A DNA stretch of 11,624 nt from Calditrichaceae bacterium. Its GTDB lineage: Bacteria > Calditrichota > Calditrichia > Calditrichales > JBFXGD01. The DNA lies in the NCBI GenBank assembly GCA_050178385.1, contig JBFXGD010000112.1, forward strand, positions 1-11,624. The letters are read 5' to 3'. The translations under genes and the position numbers were made by a program. Of this stretch, positions 7,596 through 11,624 are shown piece after piece. The notes beneath the pieces are model-generated. The model did no database searches and was not told the origin of the DNA. It was given only the letters and a program-made list of their open reading frames with translations. Positions within the stretch are counted from its first letter, which is position 1; each line of letters starts with the position of its first letter.

Positions 7596-8882
7596 ATGCT
7601 CAAAAATCATCCTAAAGGATTGATGACCTTGTTTTTTACAGAGATGTGGGAACGGTTCGGATTTTATACCATGCTTGCTGTTTTTGTGCTATACATGGAT
7701 GAGTCTTTCGGCTGGACAGATTCGCAGAAGGGTGATGTATACGGTATATTCCTGGCCTTTGTGTATTTTACTCCGGTTGCAGGCGGATGGATCGCGGATC
7801 GCCTTTTAGGTTACAGAAAAACCATCATGCTTGGCGCTTTGATTCTTGGTATCGGATACGCCATGCTTGCTTATTCCGGTCTGGAAAAACTGTGGCTTTT
7901 CTATAGCGCGCTTACTGTCATGGTTATAGGAAATGGATTATTCAAAGCGAATATATCGGTTTTGGTTGGAAATTTATATGAACCCGGTAGTCAGTATAAA
8001 GATGTCGGATACAATATATTCTATATGGGAATTAATCTTGGGGCTTTCATAGCTCCGCTTGCCGCCACCTGGCTGCACGATTATTTCGGTACATATAATG
8101 CTGCTTTTGGGGCTGCAGCTGTTGGAATGGTTTTATCGTTGCTTGTATTCGAAATATTTAAAAAGAATTATATCCATGCTGATAACAAGAATGCCGCGGG
8201 CGCTGCAAATCAGAAATTGCAGGAAGGTGAACAATTGAGCCCGGAAGTAGAAAAAGAGCGAATATTTGCGTTGGTCACGGTTTTTGCTATTGTTGTTTTC
8301 TTTTGGATGTCATTTCATCAGAACGGTTTCGCGTTAACCCTGTTTGCTCAGCGTTCAACCGTGAAACTTGATTGGCTGAAGCCTGAAACCTATGCCACTT
8401 TTAACCCATTATTTATACTTATTCTGACTCCGGTGGTGGTTACATTTTTTAACTGGCTTAATAAAAAAGGAAAAGAACCATCCACACCGGCAAAAATGGG
8501 ATTTGGTATGATGATATCCGGAGCGGCGATGCTCGTTATGGTTGTTGCTTCTCTAATGGGTGGGAACGCGGATGCCAATGATATGTCACCAAACTGGCTG
8601 ATCTCAACATATTTTGTAATCACTTTTGGTGAATTGTTTTTGAGTCCGATGGGTCTTTCGTTTGTATCAAAGGTTGCGCCGGCGCGTATGCGCGGATTAA
8701 TGATGGGCGGCTGGTTTGCCGCCACAGCCGTCGGTAATTATCTCTCCGGTTTTATCGGCAAATTTTATAATACGCTTACACATGACCAATTCTATGGAAT
8801 ACTGGTCGTATTACTGCTTCTTTCAGCTTTGATGATCAGGATCAGACTGAATAAATTAAAACATGCTGTCAGGGGTACCTGA
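7596..8882 (+). CDS. Proton-dependent oligopeptide transporter (POT/PTR family, MFS; DtpT-like)
   Basis: N-terminal HPKGL, TM1 EMWERFGFY (ExxERF), GGWIADRLLG, GNGLFKANIS, PTR signature IFYMGINLGAF, TM10 GELFLSP. Strong RBS GAGGAG at 7585-7590. Confidence 0.95.
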   Translation: MLKNHPKGLMTLFFTEMWERFGFYTMLAVFVLYMDESFGWTDSQKGDVYGIFLAFVYFTPVAGGWIADRLLGYRKTIMLGALILGIGYAMLAYSGLEKLWLFYSALTVMVIGNGLFKANISVLVGNLYEPGSQYKDVGYNIFYMGINLGAFIAPLAATWLHDYFGTYNAAFGAAAVGMVLSLLVFEIFKKNYIHADNKNAAGAANQKLQEGEQLSPEVEKERIFALVTVFAIVVFFWMSFHQNGFALTLFAQRSTVKLDWLKPETYATFNPLFILILTPVVVTFFNWLNKKGKEPSTPAKMGFGMMISGAAMLVMVVASLMGGNADANDMSPNWLISTYFVITFGELFLSPMGLSFVSKVAPARMRGLMMGGWFAATAVGNYLSGFIGKFYNTLTHDQFYGILVVLLLLSALMIRIRLNKLKHAVRGT

Positions 8883-8901
8883 TACAGTTGTTTTTTATAA
8901 C

Positions 8902-8936
8902 AGAGGTATCCGAGTTTTCGGGTACCTCTTTTTTTT
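8902..8936 (+). terminator. Rho-independent terminator after the POT transporter
   Basis: 12-bp stem AGAGGTATCCGA / TCGGGTACCTCT (one G-U pair), loop GTTT, then a T-run to 8936, about 20 bp after the stop codon. Confidence 0.9.
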
Positions 8937-8950
8937 GCCTTCTAATTACA

Positions 8951-8979
8951 TTGAATTAAACAGATTATGGCGTTATCTT
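8951..8979 (+). promoter_or_regulatory. Candidate sigma70-type promoter for the UbiD-family gene
   Basis: TTGAAT (8951-8956), 17-nt spacer, TATCTT (8974-8979), directly downstream of the terminator, where a new promoter is required. Confidence 0.4.
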
Positions 8980-9062
8980 ATCAAAACGCAGTTTGTCATA
9001 CAATTTGCCTATGAATGATGACCGAAAGTCACTAAAAATGAATCGATTTAAGAGGTTTCAGA

Positions 9063-10898
9063 GTGGGTTATAAAAGCACATTGGAATGTGTGAATGATCT
9101 GGAAAAACATGGTCATCTTATAAGAATAAAAGAAGAAACAGATCCCTATCTGGAAATGGCGGAGATTCAGCGAAGGGTTTATGAAGCGGACGGGCCCGCT
9201 ATATATTTTGAACGGGTTAAAGGTAGTCCTTTTCCCGCCGTGTCAAATTTGTTTGGATCGTTGGCCAGAGCAAGATTTATTTTTAGGGATACACTCGATC
9301 CTGTAAAGAAATTAATCGCGATGAAAGGTGATCCTGCCGAAGCGATAAAAAATCCTGCAAAATGGGGGAGTATTTCAAAAACTTTGTACCATTCATGGCC
9401 GAAACGAGTCTTTGCCGGTCCGGTACTTTCTCAACAAACAGCCATAGATCAATTACCTCAGATCCAGTCCTGGCCCGGGGACGGAGGCGCATTTATCACC
9501 CTTCCTCAGGTGTATACAGAGAATCCCGAACTTCCGGGTATTATGAAATCAAATCTGGGGATGTATCGAATTCAGCTTGCCGGCAACCGTTATGAATTGA
9601 ACAATGAAGTGGGGATGCATTATCAGATCCACCGGGGGATTGGAGCCCATCATGCTGCCGCGTTGCGCAAAGGCGAACCACTAAAGGTCAGTGTCTTTAT
9701 CGGAGGTCCTCCCGCGAATACTTTTGCCGCGGTGATGCCTTTGCCCGAAGGATTGCCGGAGGTCGCTTTCGCGGGCGCCATGAACGGCAGACGTTTCAGG
9801 TATTTAAAAAGGAAGGGATATACGATCGCGGCAGAGGCCGATTTCTGCATAACCGGAACGGTGATGCCGGGTGATCTCCTTCCGGAGGGGCCTTTTGGGG
9901 ATCATCTTGGATATTACAGCTTAAAACATGATTTTCCTGTGCTCAGGATCGATAAAGTGTATCACAGACGGGACGCGGTATGGCCTTTTACAGTGGTAGG
10001 GAGACCACCGCAGGAGGATACGGTTTTCGGACAGCTTGTTCATGATATCACCGGTCCGGTCATCCCGGAAACCATACCCGGATTAAAAGCGGTCCACGCG
10101 GTGGATGCCGCAGGGGTTCATCCGCTTCTTCTGGCTATCGGCAGCGAGCGTTATGTACCCTATGAGAATGACCGCCAACCCCGTGAAATTTTGACAATCG
10201 CTAATGCCATCCTGGGATTTGGACAATTGTCACTGGCGAAATATCTTTTTATCACCGCGCATGAGGATAATCCCGGTTTGAATGTTCATGAGATCGACGA
10301 ATATCTGATCCATGTGCTTGAACGCGTGGATTGGAAACGCGATCTTCATTTTCAGACAAATACCACGATTGATACCCTGGATTATTCCGGTACCGGATTA
10401 AATGAAGGATCAAAGGTGATAATCGCGGCGGCGGGAAGAAAGCGCCGGACTCTTGTACAGAAATTACCGCTAAACTTGAAACTCCCTGATGATTTTGTTG
10501 ATCCAAAATTAGTCATACCGGGGGTTTTAACAATAAAAGGCCCAAAATTTGAAGAGGCCGGGACCGGGTATCGGGTAATGGAACAGCTAAACGTCTGGCT
10601 GGAGAATAACAAAGGTGTGGGTGGAATTGCGATGATCGTTGTTGTCGATGACAGTAAATTTGCTTCTCACAATCTGAATAATTTCTTATGGGTAACATTT
10701 ACGAGATCAAATCCGTCTCATGATATATATGGTGTCGACAGTTTTTTTGATCATAAACATTGGGGATGCGGCGGGCCGTTGGTCATTGACGCGAGAATAA
10801 AACCACATCACGCGCCTCCGCTTGTTGAGAATCCTGAAATCACTAAAAGAGTTGACGCGCTTGGCGTCAGGGGCGGCAGTTTGCACGGGATAATTTAG
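9063..10898 (+). CDS. ubiD: UbiD-family prenylated-FMN-dependent (de)carboxylase, long (~610 aa) form
   Basis: N-terminal LEKHGHLIRI..E.DP..E, GPAIYFERVKG, NLGMYR, EGPFGDH catalytic motif, TVVGRPPQED. GTG start with AGAGG RBS at 9051-9055. The symbol denotes the family; the substrate is not determined. Confidence 0.92.
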   Translation: MGYKSTLECVNDLEKHGHLIRIKEETDPYLEMAEIQRRVYEADGPAIYFERVKGSPFPAVSNLFGSLARARFIFRDTLDPVKKLIAMKGDPAEAIKNPAKWGSISKTLYHSWPKRVFAGPVLSQQTAIDQLPQIQSWPGDGGAFITLPQVYTENPELPGIMKSNLGMYRIQLAGNRYELNNEVGMHYQIHRGIGAHHAAALRKGEPLKVSVFIGGPPANTFAAVMPLPEGLPEVAFAGAMNGRRFRYLKRKGYTIAAEADFCITGTVMPGDLLPEGPFGDHLGYYSLKHDFPVLRIDKVYHRRDAVWPFTVVGRPPQEDTVFGQLVHDITGPVIPETIPGLKAVHAVDAAGVHPLLLAIGSERYVPYENDRQPREILTIANAILGFGQLSLAKYLFITAHEDNPGLNVHEIDEYLIHVLERVDWKRDLHFQTNTTIDTLDYSGTGLNEGSKVIIAAAGRKRRTLVQKLPLNLKLPDDFVDPKLVIPGVLTIKGPKFEEAGTGYRVMEQLNVWLENNKGVGGIAMIVVVDDSKFASHNLNNFLWVTFTRSNPSHDIYGVDSFFDHKHWGCGGPLVIDARIKPHHAPPLVENPEITKRVDALGVRGGSLHGII

Positions 10899-10944
10899 CG
10901 CGGCTTTTAAAATATAATCTCCTGTATCCGAAAAGGAGCAAAAA

Positions 10945-11624
10945 ATGAGTAGAAAAATAGTAGTGATCGGTGGTGTTGCCGCGGGCATGTCCGCAGCGAG
11001 CAGGGCAAGAAGAAATGATCCTGATGCATCGATTATTGTCTTTCAGAAAGAGAACGCGGTTTCTTACGGATCCTGCGGGTTACCCTATTTTATTTCAAAC
11101 GATATCAAAGAAGCTGAAACGCTGATTGCCATAACCGCGGATGAATTCAGACAAAAAAGAAATATTGATGTCCGCTTAAATCAGGAGGGATTATCCTTTA
11201 ATCCCAGGGAGAAGACCGTCGAGATTCGGGAACTTAAAACGGGGATGATTACTGATTACCCCTATGATAAACTAATTATCGCAACAGGAGCGCGCGCCAC
11301 GGTTCCTCCCATCCCCGGAAAAGATTTAAAGAATGTTTTTGTGGTCAGAAACCTGACCGACGGACAGAATATAAAATCATACATCGGGAATGAGCACCCC
11401 GCGAATGCTGTGATTGTGGGCGGTGGCTACATCGGTCTGGAAATGGCCGAAGCTCTCTCAAGGCAGGGGCTTCGTGTGACAGTCGTAGAGGCGCAGGATA
11501 GGGTTATGCTGAACATGGACCCGGAATTATCGGATAAAATTAAAACAGAGCTGGAAGAAAAAGGGTGTAAAGTATATACTTCAAACGGTGTTCATGCTAT
11601 TCTCGGTTCCGATCGGGTAAACAG
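10945..11624 (+). CDS. cdr: CoA-disulfide reductase / NADH oxidase-family FAD-dependent oxidoreductase, 3'-truncated by the window edge
   Basis: Absent from the ORF track; I translated it by hand: MSRKIVVIGGVAAGMSAASRARR...VSYGSCGLPY (redox Cys44, codon 11074-11076)...YDKLIIATGA...VIVGGGYIGLEMAEAL...VTVVE. RBS AAGGAG at 10933-10938. The frame is open to the window end. Confidence 0.88.
   Translation, partial: MSRKIVVIGGVAAGMSAASRARRNDPDASIIVFQKENAVSYGSCGLPYFISNDIKEAETLIAITADEFRQKRNIDVRLNQEGLSFNPREKTVEIRELKTGMITDYPYDKLIIATGARATVPPIPGKDLKNVFVVRNLTDGQNIKSYIGNEHPANAVIVGGGYIGLEMAEALSRQGLRVTVVEAQDRVMLNMDPELSDKIKTELEEKGCKVYTSNGVHAILGSDRVN

Noticed and set aside
8962..9031. Fluoride-riboswitch-like fragments upstream of ubiD (ATGGCGTT loop in an AGAT/ATCT stem, AAACGC, TGATGAC)
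   Set aside because: The 3' pseudoknot partner (ACGCC) is missing (it reads ACCGA), GC-TGATGAC is interrupted, the conserved G before ATGG is absent, the element overlaps the likely promoter, and the downstream gene is atypical. An Infernal search with the Rfam crcB model would settle it.
7460..9031. TGAC/GTCA inverted half-sites at 7461-7480 (12-nt spacer) and 9019-9031 (5-nt spacer)
   Set aside because: The half-sites are only 4-5 bp and the spacers differ, so they do not support a shared operator.
426..10988. Numerous 60-110 aa alternative-frame and minus-strand ORFs in the track
   Set aside because: All lie within or opposite well-supported genes and show no motifs, consistent with shadow ORFs.
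1..11624. CRISPR arrays, tRNA/rRNA, IS elements, frameshifts, selenocysteine or stop-codon recoding
   Set aside because: By eye I found no regularly spaced repeats, RNA gene signatures or transposase/integrase motifs. Every recognised gene that ends in the window has a family-typical C-terminus at its stop, so no recoding is needed.

Overview
An ordinary-looking bacterial chromosomal segment, moderately AT-rich, with 11 protein-coding genes all on the + strand. In order: a 5'-truncated tandem-GAF sensor histidine kinase; a Zn-dependent histone-deacetylase-family (AcuC/APAH-like) amidohydrolase; protein-L-isoaspartate O-methyltransferase (pcm) carrying an apparent lipoprotein signal peptide; an M50 site-2 protease; a membrane-anchored hypothetical protein overlapping era; era; a HAD hydrolase; a small beta-rich hypothetical protein; a POT/PTR peptide transporter ending in a clear intrinsic terminator; a long UbiD-family decarboxylase; and a 3'-truncated CoA-disulfide reductase/NADH oxidase-family flavoprotein that the ORF track misses. 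I saw no rRNA, tRNA, CRISPR array, mobile element or defence system, and no clear-cut novel system. The best leads are the lipobox-bearing Pcm, the NKFDE-type GAF kinase abutting a deacetylase at the head of a protein modification/repair cluster, the unknown membrane protein coupled to era, a 12-TM His-variant POT, and a 16-bp motif found exactly 134 bp upstream of two different start codons.
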